Positions 51,448-64,000 of a DNA stretch of 64,000 nt are shown piece by piece; position 1 is the stretch's first letter; each line of letters begins with the position of its first letter. The position numbers and the translations under genes are program-made. The notes beneath the pieces were generated by a model, which was not told the DNA's origin, made no database searches, and saw nothing but the letters and a program-made list of their open reading frames with translations. The DNA comes from Salpingoeca rosetta (taxonomy: Eukaryota; Protista; Choanoflagellata), in NCBI GenBank assembly GCA_033442325.1, contig JAWQFM010000006.1, positions 2,177,774-2,241,773 on the forward strand, in the 5' to 3' direction.

Positions 51448-54400
51448 CAGACTACGTCGTGTCAAAGGACGTGGATTCGTTCGATGGGCAAGTGCCTGCC
51501 ATCTTCGTTCCTTCCAAGCCACCCTCCCTTTCCCCAATCGCCCTTGTCAACATTAATTTGGTGAACATGCTTCTGGGCAAGATGTTTCTTCGTCTTCCTC
51601 CTCTCCTGTCAAGCCCATCGGCTGCACACGGCGCTGCGCGCCGTGCCTGGCTCGAAACAGACATCCTCGAGGAAGAGGAGCTTGTTCGTGCGCTGCAACC
51701 CACGTCCGTTCTATATCGTCCAACCAGCAACTTGGCCTCGGGCGTGCTCCTTCAGCGTGAGCTGTTTTGTGGCTGGATGCTTCCGGGAACTCCAGATTGC
51801 CCTGCCTTTGTGCATGATGAGGTGCTGGCGTTTGCAGAGAGGACAGTTTCCCACACGCAGTGCAGCGACAAGCTCACTGTTGTGCCCGGGTCGTTGCTAG
51901 CCCGCGTGACGGTCGACTTGTACGCGACAGGCACCGACGTCTACGTTCGCAGCTTTCGTGCACAGACGACAGCGGCTGTGTCTTGCTCTGCGGTGACCTC
52001 AGGACCTTCCGCACTGGCCGTATCCCTTACCGTGACGTCTCCAAACATGCTCGACAGCCTCTGGCCTCACGATTTCTTCTCCAACATCCACTTGGCAACC
52101 CTCCCCCTACAGCTCGTTCAGGCCTTGAAAACGCACATCTCTGGAACTGTTCGTGGAACGCTTGGCTTGGGCACCGACGTGTCATCAACGCCGCCATCCG
52201 TGACCACGTTTCTCGATGGAGACGTGTTTGAGACATTTGAGATGCGTGGCACGCCACTCTCTGATGTCCTGTTCACGTCTGTGTCGGAAGCCGTCACGTT
52301 TCTGCAGCCAGTTGTGGACAAGCTGCACCAGGAGTTGCAAACGCACATTCCAGCCATCGATGCTGCTGTGGCCGAGGTCCTACCGCCACCACACCTGTCA
52401 GCCCTCGTCACAGCCTTTATGAAGGATGCCCTACATCCCACGGCTCTGAACTTCTGGCTGTGGTTCAAGCATCAGCGGCCGGAAGGATCTGTCCTGGTCG
52501 AAATTCTGACTTCAGGCAGGAGTAAGCGCGCGACCTCCGTATCCGGCGCTCCGGCCGAGGTTGCCCTGGGTGTCAGGCTTGGTCACGCAGGTGTTGGCGT
52601 CCCGGGTACAGCGGCAGCGCTGCAGCCGATTCTGGCCGCCGTTAACAGCGTCATCCAGGCGCTTCCATCGTCAGCGGCAGGATGCCTCCGCATTGACACA
52701 TGGTCCCCGAAGCCACTGCAAGTGAGCGATATCGAGGGCGCGAGCCTAGACTACATGGTGCGTGCTCGCACATTGTTTCCAGTGGCTCCCATCAGCAACA
52801 GCACGACTGTGGACAGCGAAGTTGCCGTCGCAGGCGCATGCTCGCTGAGTGGAATGTTGGGCTTGAAGGATGCAATCATTGGCGGTGTCGGCATGCTGGC
52901 TACATATGACCTGGCGTCTCAGACCGTTGCCTTGCACTTTAACACGACGCACGACTTGGCCGACGCGCAGCTGCTGTCTGTGCCCCCATCAACTCCCGAC
53001 AGTTTGCAGAAGCAGAGGTGTCTCAGCGCATTCCAACCGTTTTTTTGGCCCCGCCCCAGTGCCGCAGATGCCGTCAATGATGCGCTCAAGCAGGCGGTGG
53101 CAAGCATCGACACATTCCCTCTAACACTCACTCGCTGGCCCATCGTCCCCATCACCGGAGACGTGGTTGCGCGTCTTCGCGCAGCCCTGAACACTTACGA
53201 CGATGATCCTCCTGAGATCTTCCTTCCTGCCCTCGAAAATGCCATTGCGGGTGCGTCACACCCCTCGCAAGGACACTTCGTTTCTGCTTCGGCCACTGCA
53301 GCCCAAGAAGACCCTGGCGCGTGTGACATTTGGGTGCAATTGTCCACAACGCACAACATATCTGTGACGAACCATCAGTCCCCGTGGAAGTGGCTACTGG
53401 ACGCCAACAGGCTTTCGGCTGAACTAACGCTTGTGGGCAGCTTCCACATCCGTCTTCAGGACGGGTCGGCTAGTTTGGTTTCGTTTCACCTCGGCGGCAC
53501 CTCAAAGAGGCACAATTTCGTGCTGCCCTCACTCTTGTCCATGCAATCAGGCATCCCTTTGTCTTCTTCATTCGTTGCGGACGTCAATTTGCCTGATAGC
53601 ATACGCACTGAGCTCAAACTAAAGGTGCACACCACCTGGGGTGCAACGCCGGAGTTCGTCATTGGTGCCACCCATACCAGCTCAGAGAAGTCCTCCGGCA
53701 CAACAACGTTCCATATTCGCGACAACCCTGTGGAGCAGGCAGTGAGCCCGAGCAACGTCCTCACGGTCCTGAAGAACGGGTTGCTCAACATGATTCCGAG
53801 GGCCCTCTCAGGCTCTCTCAAGTTCAAGGTGTACCCTTACCAACACACCCTTGACGAGGTTGGTGACCTCGAGCACATCATCAAAGATGCGGCGTCTCTG
53901 CTCACCATCCCCAGTGACCCAAACCCCTCGTTGGCAACCTCGCCTTCCTGCCTTGCTGTCATGGAAAAGGAGCCACCTGTGACGCTCAACGTCGTGCTGT
54001 TCGACTCTCACAACAAACCGACGCCCTGCAAGCTCTCACCTCTCGACTACACCAGCTGGAAGACCTTCGAATCATCCTTCAACGCTGCGTTACAGCAGTG
54101 CGGGCTTTCACATTGGCTCAAGTTCGATGTGCTTCAAGACACAATTGGCGCCACCCACACAGGCGGGAAGCCTTGTGCAACGTGGGAGCTTCGTCCTGCA
54201 GTTCCAGGTGCTCTCACTTTTGTGTCCGTGAACTCCACACCAGCAAGGCAGAACCTGACCGTGCAAACCACGCAGAACGCGGCCAAGATACCCTTGTTTG
54301 GGCTCTATGAAGATTTTGTCGCCATTGTCCATGGCATCTTCATGCAGCAATTGCCCCGCCCCAAACTGAACACCTTGACCATTCCTGCCAAGGATGCGGG

Positions 54401-54905
54401 CATTCCTGAGGAGTTTGCAGCGGTGTACCCTGCGGAGCTGACCGCCGTGGGGTTCAAGTTCTTCACCGCGTACAACAAGAGCGTCACGACGACCACCCCA
54501 ATCGACGACAGCATTTCGGCGGCGCATGGACTGTTGAAAGCTTTTGTGCGCAACGGCAGCGCGTCTGCCGCCATCGAGGCCAGCATCAGCGCTGCCCTTG
54601 CATTTGCGTTTGACTGCCCCCCTCCCAAGCAAGGCTTGAACGTGACGGTGTGGTCGTCGCTCAACAGCTCGCAGACAATTGACAAGGTGACAGTGCCAGC
54701 AACACCGAAAAACACGTTGCAGGTCATCGTCGGCGGACAGCTCCGCTCTCCACCATCTCCTGTTGTTTCCAGCTCGGCACAAAACTCCAGCATTGTCGTC
54801 AAGCGCGTTCAACAGACATTTCTGGTGATCACGGTTCTTACGCCGGCCGTATCGTTTCGGGGTACGTGGGGTCAATGCAAAATCTTAGAGAGCTGGGCAA
54901 TGTAG
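51448..54905 (+). CDS. N-terminal visible part (~1,150 codons) of a giant extracellular protein; start lies in the gap
   Basis: Frame +3 is open from the gap edge (DYVVSKDVD...) to 54905. No introns or microsatellites. Many N-glycosylation sequons (NST, NTT, NIS, NLT, NKS, NVT) and scattered Cys. Confidence 0.85.
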
Positions 54906-54912
54906 TTAATAA

Positions 54913-57900
54913 AACTTCCTTCCAATGGAGGTCCATATAATAATACGTGTGGTCAACGACACAAGCATCGCACTTCCTCTGGCCAAGCCCATGATCAGTG
55001 AGGTTGATTTGCACGCAGAGGCGCATTTTGAGGCTGGTGCACAAGAAGTCGAAGCTGACGTGTCCATCATCGACGTCAAGGCCAGAGACATTAAAGGCAG
55101 CACAGACGTAACGATCGACATCGCGCTGCTTCCACCACCGACATCCGCCCACAGCGACGCGTTTTCGCATGAGGCTCAGCAGGCAGGCGCTCCGTGTTCG
55201 TCTGCTACTCTTTCGCATGAGCTTGCGCGCAGCGACGTGTTGCACCAGCCTGCAGCGCGCAGCCCCTGTCCACACCAACCTGGACAGCTGCACTACTCCG
55301 ACCTTTCAACCATTAATCACGCTCTGCGGCAGCCTGATTCGTTCTACTCTTTCTTCGTGGCCACGGTCGACCTGAACACGCACTTTCAGCTGGAGAACAT
55401 CTCCATTGGCGTCGATCATCTTGCGGTGGTGACGACAGGCGCTGGTATTGATCTCACGATGAAGGACAACTTCACCCTTCATGCTGGCTTCAACGTGCAT
55501 GACATGGTCAACCAATTTAAATTTCACCTCGCGTTCCATGGGAAGGAGAGCTTTGTCAGGGCGATGAACCAAGCCTTGTCCATCAACTCATCGAGTTTGT
55601 GCTGGTTTGCTGAGCAGCTACTCGAGCCTTCAAAGTCAGTCCATCGGAGCCAAGTCGGTGTCCACCCTCTGCCTTTTGCGAGCAAGGCCATTAAGGACTG
55701 GCTTGGGCCATACACTGATGCCGCTGAGAAGGCAGTTGAAGCTGTGTGCAATGGGGGTGCGCGAGCCGATATTGCTGTGCTTTGCGAGGTGCTGCAAGAG
55801 TCCTTCGGGCACCCAGTGTGCACGCACAGCGCCCTTCACGAGGATAAACTTGTGCTCCGCATCCAAGTTGACTTGGTCAACTCTTCAGCCAGGGACTCAT
55901 TCAAGTATGACTCCGTGCTGTTTGAGCCTGTGAAAGACAAGCCGGAGTTGTCCATTGGCGAATCAGCGTCTGGGACCCTTGTGTCAGCCGCCTCCGTTGT
56001 TGGTACCGCCACACTCGTCATCGATCTTTCTGGCACCGTGCCGATCCCCTCTGTCCGCAGCGCCAACTTGACAATGGCTGTCTCGGTCAATGGCCAAGGC
56101 ACCATCAAGGTCTGGTTTGGGCCTATGCCTGTGCCTTTCTCTGATGTGCAGTTGAAGATTGGCGACCCCGTCACTCTGAGCATTGAGTTTGGAGAAGATG
56201 CCGGTAGCGATGCGTCGTTCAGCCTACCTTCGCAACCATCGCCGACTTCGTCCGCATCTGAGACTGCGCTGAGTTCCACAACCTCAGGAACGCCAGTGGG
56301 CGCTGGGATCACGCTCCACGGCAAAGCTTCTCTGACAGCCAAGGTGAACATCCCCTTCACTCACCCCTGCCACCTTGATGTGGAGATTCCCAAGATTGCA
56401 GCGTTTCTTCTGGACCCGTCTTCTGACACGTTCCACTTCAGTACTCCGGGCTGTCCAGATGGTCTGTTGAGCAGTCTCTTGCGCGCTCTGCCCCAATTTG
56501 GATTCCAGCATGCATTGCAAGACTTTGGGCGATTGGTTGCTCAGTGGGAGCGTGAGTGGGAGGAGTTCCTTCGCTCAAAGCTTGGGCTAGGCGGCTTGCT
56601 GGACGGACTTCACATTCCGTTGCTTGACGGCAAGTGGTGGACGCACCACCTCCACGTCCATCTCGGCGACATCTTTGGGCCTGGCTTCTTCAAACGCCTT
56701 CTTGCATTCCTTCAGCCAAAGCTCCAAAGCCTAAACCTGAGCGGTATCGGGGCCAAGATTAAGGACATTGAAGAGAAGGTGCTGCACTGGTTCACAGAGG
56801 CAATTCACCTCCTCCTTCATCCGTGGCTGATACACTGGCCCAAGGTCCCGGACGTGGCTGACAAAACGTACAAGTGGAACCTCGACCTGCACGGAACGCT
56901 GAAACAAAAGCCCGATAAGCTTGCGTTTGACCTCGGCTCTCACGGCATCGCCAACCTCGACTTCAACTGTGAAGAGGAAGCCCAGTTTTACTGGCATGTG
57001 AACGTCACCGTGACCTGGTCACCGCAAAAGGGTATTCGCTTCCTGTTCAACGGCAACCCAGCGCTGGAGCTAAAACTTGAGCTGGACGTTCCAAAGTGCG
57101 ATCTCATTGGCAGCTTCTTGATTGCTGGCATCGACATTGGGGCAAACGCACTTGCCAAGGCGGAGATTGTTGTGACGCCGCCAAAGTTCAGCAAAACTCA
57201 CGCTTGGGACTTTGAGTTGGACGCTGATGGCAAGCTTGAAGGTGACGCCATCCTTGGTTTTGCGGGAATTTTCGACCAGCTACTCCACAAGGACACGCAG
57301 GACACAATTCAAGCGCTACCAAACTTCCACTCCCACCTAAATTGCAGCTTCCAATGCTCGATCAAGGGCTGCAGTAACGCACCGCGCTGCCATTTTGGCC
57401 GCCCGCGTTTGTGTGTGGGGCAGCTGTTGACGTATTTGCTGCACAACACCCTGAGTTTCACCAGGGCACAATACTTCCAGAACGTGGAGAGGGTAGTCGA
57501 CTTTCTCGAGCAGAAAGTTGACCTCTCGCCTGTCTTACCGCCCCAAGCCCTCATAGACTTGCTGCACCAGGTTGCTGACGCGTTTTGCCATGGCAAGTGT
57601 GATTTTGATGGAGTGTTTGAAACCGTCGAAAAAGTTGCCGCCGTCTTGAAGCTGATCGAGCGCTTACAAGCGCTTGCGGAGCACTTGGCTGACCCCACAT
57701 GTTCGAAGACCACCCACGAGATGCAGGAGTTCATCCTCGACTTTAGCAAGCCCGACCTGGCGCCAGAGCCACATGGCCCATCGTACCCGCCCAACCAGCT
57801 GAACACAAACGGCCTTGCCGCGGAGCACGCAAAGTCGGTGCAGGAGATTTGGAACAGCATCACCGTGGAAGGCTCGTTCAACGTCAAGCTTTTGTTCTTG

Positions 57901-60900
57901 GAGCATCCACTGGAAGACCTGCTGAAAATGTTGCTCGGACTCAATGTGCCGCTTGTGGAAGTGACCTTCCCCGAGCTCATCATTGACATTGGCACGTCGT
58001 GGATGGTGGGGCCAGTGTGGTTTGTACCTTCCGTGTACGTGGAACTGGATATTGGAGCCGTCGTTGTTCTGCAAGTGCCACCGATGGTGATGACGAACAA
58101 GTTTGTCATCACAATCTTTCAGACAAGGAAGATTGGCCCAGCCATGCGGAGCCTCAGCCTTCGGGTGACTGACCAGAAAACTCACGCTGCCTTGCCAGTG
58201 CTTCGAGCCTCTGTCACTGTGGGCGGCCATGTTGGCATTGGCGTGAGCATTGGTGTGGTGGGCTTCTACGGCGACTTGTACGTTGGCCTAACGGTGAGCG
58301 GCACGCTCAGCATTCCCAACGTGCATGGGACTGGGCTCGTGTCCATTGGCGACGTGCTCCACCTCGTTCGCCTCAACGGCAACGTGTTCGATGCCACAGT
58401 GCGAACGTACAGGCTCGTCATCACCCTTGGCTTTGGAATTCGCGGCTGCGTGAGCCTGTGGTTGAAGTCCTGGTGCTTCACCGTTGTCAGCATTCAAACC
58501 CACTTTGTGCCCTGGCAAGAAACCAGCAATCCCCGCATCTTCACGAGCCCAGGCTCTGGATCTGGCCTCATCAATCTCAACGCAGCCCAACCGGAGGTGT
58601 CCTCAAGTGACACTAGCCTGAGCTGCTCTGGCGAATGCGAGCGCGTGCCCACATTTACTCTAACACAGGCAAACAACGAAGTTGATGTCAGTGTGAAAAC
58701 CACTACCGACGGGACACGAGATCCCCCGCGTTCCATCTCCATGCCTGCACAAGGGGATTGCCTCAGATTTTCTGGCAGCACAGGAGGGTCAGAGTTTGTG
58801 GTGCGAGTCATTGGCGTGTTTCGCTGCGTACGGCTGCCTGGCGCCGCAAACATGGCCGTTATCGTGTCCATGGACGCATATTCACCTGGGAGCCCAGCAT
58901 CACACGCGGCAACGACGTTGCACACGCCACAAACAGGCCTGACCGGGGACCGCACGCTGACGGTACGCAGCCTGAAGCGAAACAGCACTGCCGGCTCACG
59001 ACCCTCGGTCCACCTGACCCCCACCGCTCTGGTGGCTGGCGGTGCTGCAGGCTTGTACTTTGGAGGCGACGGTGTGCCGCCTTGTCGCTCCCTGAACCTG
59101 ACACGTGCACTGTCCACTGCTCATGTGGAATTAACCGGAACACCATGCCCAACACACGTCAGCGTGAGCCCCTCGCAGGACGTGCGCTTGACAGGAACAC
59201 CGGGCGACTTTGATCTTGTGCTTGTGGGAAAGGCAGGCAACCTCACTGTTGACATGAACGTGACACAATTGGTGCTGAGGAACAGGTCCGTCGAACTTGA
59301 CGGCACGGCCATCGCTTTCACGCAACCACCGTTTTACCTAACAACACGCGCGCATCCGACGGGCAACGCCATGACCACGGTGGCGGTTGTGGCACCCTCA
59401 GCAGTTGTCACGTGCATCGGGGGACAAGGGAACAACACCTTCGTCGTGCCAGATCCTGCTCAGATCGAAGGTGCGCTGCAGATTCAGGGCGCACTCACGG
59501 ATTCCTCGAACCTGCTGCGCGTGCACAATGAAATTCAATCAGGCAGCGGGTCATTGACGTTGACCCCGACATCGCTGAGCTTAAACAACAGCCTTGGGTT
59601 CCACCACTTTGGTGTGACAAACATGGACTTCTTTGACATTCGGGTGCTCACGGCACGGGGAGCTTCGGTCCAGACAACTGTACTTGGTCCGGACCGCTTC
59701 ACTGTTGTGAACCTGCACTCCGTCACAGAAACAGGAGCAACTGCGGTTCATCGGCTGACGGGCTGCGTGGATGGTACGGTCGGCATTAAGATCACACTTG
59801 ACGGCAGCGGCAACCAGCAGGTCCTTGTTGGCTCGGGTAGTTTGGAAAACTTTAACTGCTTCGCCACCATTGCCGGGTCCACGAGGAAAGACAGGAACTA
59901 TACCATCATCGTGGATGCCGGGCAAGACAACCGCGACTTGCGCTGGTGGTTTGGGAATGGCGATCTCCACGTGAGGTCCACACAAGCCGACAGCACGCAA
60001 CTCCATTTGTCTTTGGAGTACATTGACCACGTGTACGTCACGTTTGGAAATGCAAGCAATACGGTTCAAGTCACAGGAGCAGATACGTACGCAGACTTTG
60101 TGTTTCAGTTCAAGGATGAAGCAACTGCCGGCACCCTTGCCGAGTTTGGCTCGACGCCCAATGCGGTTCTGTTGAAAGCCGTGGATCGTGGCATCGTGCT
60201 TGCTGGCTCCTACGACTTGTTACTGGCGGATCCAGCTGCCACAGACTACAACCCAATGCAGGAAATTCAGGGCAATGTCCTCAGCCTTGGTCCGGGAAGC
60301 AACCTGACAACACGAGTTGAACTGAAGGCGGGAAAGAACGTACCTCACGCTCAGGAGATTGTGCTTCATGGCACGTGCATCTCATCTGCAGAAGCCGGCA
60401 GCAGCAGCCCGCAGAAAGTACAAAGATCACCCTCGTCATGGCTGCGGATGCATGCAGCGGCAAGGGGCTGGGATCCCTCCACGAACGTATCACGATGCCA
60501 AGTGCTTCAGCACGGCAACGCAACCCTGACAGCATCCCTGTCACAGCTCAGCGACGCCGTGTACATGCGTGGCTTCACCATCCCCACGACCCTGGACCTG
60601 CTTGACGGTGATGATGTTTTCGAGCTGACGGACGGAGGTCAATCCCGCTTTGATGTGAGTGCTGGCGCCGGCTTGGACGCATTCAAGCTGCAGTACCCAA
60701 TGTTGGGGTCGTCCCTTAACTACGGCGACGACCAGGACCCAGACACACTCGTGTTCAACACAAACGGAGGCGTGATGGGGACTATCAGCGTTGACCGCAT
60801 TGGCCCTGTCAACAAGCGGGGAGACCCAGTGTTTCTTGAGATCATCAACAACCGGCCTGAGGACATCAACCGTGTCACGTGCGACGTTCGCAGTTTCAGC

Positions 60901-63900
60901 CCATCTTCACAGCTTTCTGAGACACAGGGGAGGAGATACTCGCCTCACCGCTCACAATCCACGCCCTTTCCAGGCGGTAACGCGGTCACGCACGTGTCGT
61001 ATCCATCGGAAGGACGAACCCTGCAACTGAAACCCGACACCAATGTCACGTACGTTGTCGATGCTTTGGGCTCAGACACAGTGCTTCAGTTTGACGGAAG
61101 GGTTTCTTCCGTTGCAGATGCTCCCCTTACAGCCAGCGAACGACGAAGGGAGACAGAACAGCAAGGCCCAGCCCTCAGGGTTAACTGGCAAGTCATCTGT
61201 TCTCTCGAAAGTTACAAGACGACTGGTCTTATTCAGGTTCTGGGCACGGCTGACAGCAACGCAACTGTGGGCATGGTTGCTCCCAAACACGGCTCTGCCC
61301 ACCTTGGGTTGCGTGGAGAAGGACAAACCGTGGCCAGGCTCACCTATGACACCATTGTCATGCGTGTTCATGACACCCAGCACGTGTTGTTCATCGCAAA
61401 CTCGAGTGCTGTTGTAGACTTACAGGCGGCCCCGTTCGTGACAGACATTGTCGTTGTTGCGGCTGCACACGCACAGGTCCTCACTGTGGGGGCGCACGCT
61501 CCCACAAAGCCACTCATGCTCGTGAACGCTTCCATGGACTTGGACGAGGACACTTTGTTGCAGGCGGGAAGCGTCGTTGCTGGTGGAAAGTCTTCCACGC
61601 TGGCAGCGTCGTTGCGTTCATTCTCGAGGGCTTCCTTGCATCGCGGCTGCTTGTCGTTGTGGAAGAACAAGACGCACACCCCGGAGACGCCGGTGAAGCT
61701 GTCACCTTGGATGCTGGGATGGGTTGGAAGCGCGCTACCAGCATCGCACGCGACAATCCTCAACGAGCGTCGCTGTTCCATGTACTTCTCCCAGATACGA
61801 AATGCCACCCTCGACCGTGTCTCGCATCTTGACTTGGAGGATGCCCGTGGCCACGTGAGCGTCCTTAGAGCAGTGAGCGTTGCGACCTTCAATGTTTCAG
61901 ACGGCACGGCCTTTTCTCAACTTGGTTTGCTGCCCGACGCTTTAAACGTCGACATTGACGAGGATGGCGGGTACATGGTGGCATTTGACGAGGGTCGCGG
62001 TGACACATCGCATGAGGGCACCCAGCTTCGGCAGGTCACGCTGTGGCAGCCCAAGTTCTCGCACCCACATGCATCCATCAAGGCAACCGGTGCCACTTGC
62101 ACTTCAGATTCTCAGACTTACTGGGAAACCGAATACGCAGCAGATGCACCCGGAAGAAGCGCAGCGCTGAACTTCACCGGGCGCGGGGTGACTGCAAACT
62201 TGGAGCTGCACGAGGTCGCAGGCCAAACATTCATGATCGACTTGGAAGGGGTTGCCTCATCCGCCCTTTGCGAGCAAGGCGTTGGGGACGCCACGCTGGT
62301 GCTTGATGGTAGTCAGCAGGTTGCAGTCAGCAAGCCCCTTCCTGATGCGGACACATTGCCAGTGAACGTTACGTCCAGGGCGGTGATGATTGGCGGCCAT
62401 GGATCATCACACACCACTCGCTATGCCATTAACCTCGGCAATACACACACCGCCTTCAACTTTTCGTTGCACCTTCAAGCTGGCAAGGCCGAGGTTCAGT
62501 TTCAGTCTGGGTGGGCGAGTGCATGGCCCATCCCGTTTGGCCTGGAGGTGGGTACGGCTGCGTCCGCTGATGTCTACATGCCGAAGGCAATGGGTGTCCG
62601 GTTTCCAACCCGGAGCGTTGCCGTGAGTTACAAGAGGCACACTTATGAAGCGGAAGGGCCAGTGGTTGCCGCTGGAGAAGGCTTCTTGCTGGTCCCCGAC
62701 GCTGACTGCTCTGCGACCGCGTTCGATCAAATCGAGATCAACCGCAAGGACAGATGCAAGCAGTCGGTGCACAGGAGCGCTGCAGGCCGGCAAAGTGCTG
62801 TGGCTGTGCGGTTACAGACGACACTTCCGTGTGTGTGCGAGCCACACGAGCAGCTTGACGAGGCGCGCATCGGTGTGGGTACCGCTGCGGCTAGTCATTC
62901 TGGCGTGAAAGACGTTGTGACGCTGCATGTGCTGTACGCGATTCTCTACGGCGTGTACTGCTTGATGCTTGGCGTCCTGTGGATGTGGAGTGCGCTTGAT
63001 GTGACACGCAACGCGAACGCTGTTTCTGCGACACGTTTGTGGCTGCGCTCAATTGCTGGTGCAATGTTTTACGCACCCGTTGCGCTGACCGGCTTGATGA
63101 GCCCCATACTCGGCAGTGGCAACAGCACGATTGCAAGAAAGCTGTTGCTGATTGCGTCAGAAGTTGTTACTTCCCTGTCCGGCATCGGAGACTCGTGCAA
63201 TGGAAATGAACGGAGTGACCGAGCGCCGCAAATTTCCCGCGCTGCTGTTTTGGTTGCCTGGGCGATTCTGGCTGTGACAGGCACCGCTATTGCACGCCAT
63301 CACCGGCACGCGATGAATCCTAAGCTTCGACTCGTGTGGCAAGCCGTACTGGAGGTAGCGGTGGTGGTTCTCCTGCCTTGGGCAGTGCATGCCACAACAG
63401 GAGCTATGTTCGCGTTTACAATCCTTGCATGTGGCTTGCTCCTAGTTGCTCGCAACTTGCATGCCCACATGCGTGCCCATCAAGGCGCTTTGGACCTGAT
63501 GAAGAACGCACTTCACCTTGACAGTGTCGCTCCTGCTCTCATTCTTGTTGCTGCCATTGTTTCCAGCGCGCAGATTGGTGTTGGTCGCACTGGCATGTTT
63601 GTGGCGATGCTATTTGCGCTTTGTGGCTGCACAGTCACTGCTGCCTATAGTTGCTGGAAATGGGCGCGAGGACCTCCAGCTGTCGTGGTTGGGCTGGTGG
63701 CGTTGCAGTCAGTCTTTGGCATCGCCTTCACTGGCACTATCCTCGATGCCAGGCATGACACCGCGGGTGTGATTGGTGCTCTCTTTCTTATCTGGGCCAT
63801 CGTGCTCCCCGTACTCACCCTCCTTGTGTTGTGGTGTCGTTTCGCGCCACGGCATGACTATGCACCGCTTGATGGTGATGCGCCTGACAACTTTAACGGC

Positions 63901-63918
63901 GATGTTAAAGGCGTCGAT

Positions 63919-63999
<81 letters not shown>

Positions 64000-64000
64000 C
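54913..64000 (+). CDS. Giant membrane protein, C-terminal part (>3,000 codons, open to the window end): large ectodomain with degenerate RTX-like motifs, ~9 TM segments, polyQ tail
   Basis: Frame +1 reads open from 54913 to 64000 (first ATG 54925). The ORF track lists no frame +1 ORF here, as expected if there is no stop. Motifs CIGGQGNNTFVV, LDLLDGDDVFEL, VSAGAGLDAFKL. Hydrophobic segments from ~62914 to 63837. Tail RHDYAPL...DQQQQ. Confidence 0.9.
63919..64000 (+). repeat. (CAG)9(CAA)n polyglutamine tract running off the window
   Basis: In-frame Gln codons after the last TM segment. Confidence 0.95.

Noticed and set aside
62820-62860. LPCVCEPH before TM1 as an adhesion-GPCR GPS motif
   Set aside because: Lacks the CxCxHL(T/S)xF cleavage signature and upstream Trp/Cys pattern, and the membrane region appears to have ~9 rather than 7 helices.

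Overview
Intron-rich eukaryotic DNA whose introns are full of (GT)n/(CA)n microsatellites. Composition and gene content suggest a choanoflagellate such as Salpingoeca (inference). There are three zones. (1) 1-38.9 kb holds densely packed spliced genes: a hypothetical gene (3' part), an RIIa-domain/double calflagin-like EF-hand protein, DDX41, an Amt/Mep ammonium transporter, a bacterial-type fused E1alpha-E1beta 2-oxoacid dehydrogenase, a USP4/11/15-like deubiquitinase, a membrane-anchored GH20 protein with a degenerate active site, a long coiled-coil protein, and an alpha/beta-hydrolase fused to a DUSP11-like phosphatase. (2) 39-51.3 kb has no credible protein gene. It carries an intact 5S rRNA gene (- strand, TATA box and T-run terminator), about 10 kb of low-complexity spacer, degenerate 50-65-nt subrepeats, a palindrome cluster and a G-U-rich structured + strand segment that ends in AAAAGCAAC at a 100-N gap. 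This layout resembles the edge of an rDNA array (5S-IGS-5'ETS) with the 18S-28S unit lost in the gap. (3) 51.4-64 kb is an almost intronless giant gene (>4,100 codons, both ends outside the visible sequence). Most of it is absent from the ORF track because frame +1 has no stop from 54913 to the window end. It encodes a huge ectodomain with degenerate RTX-like motifs, about 9 TM segments and a polyQ tail. All gene models were assembled by eye, so exon boundaries are approximate.
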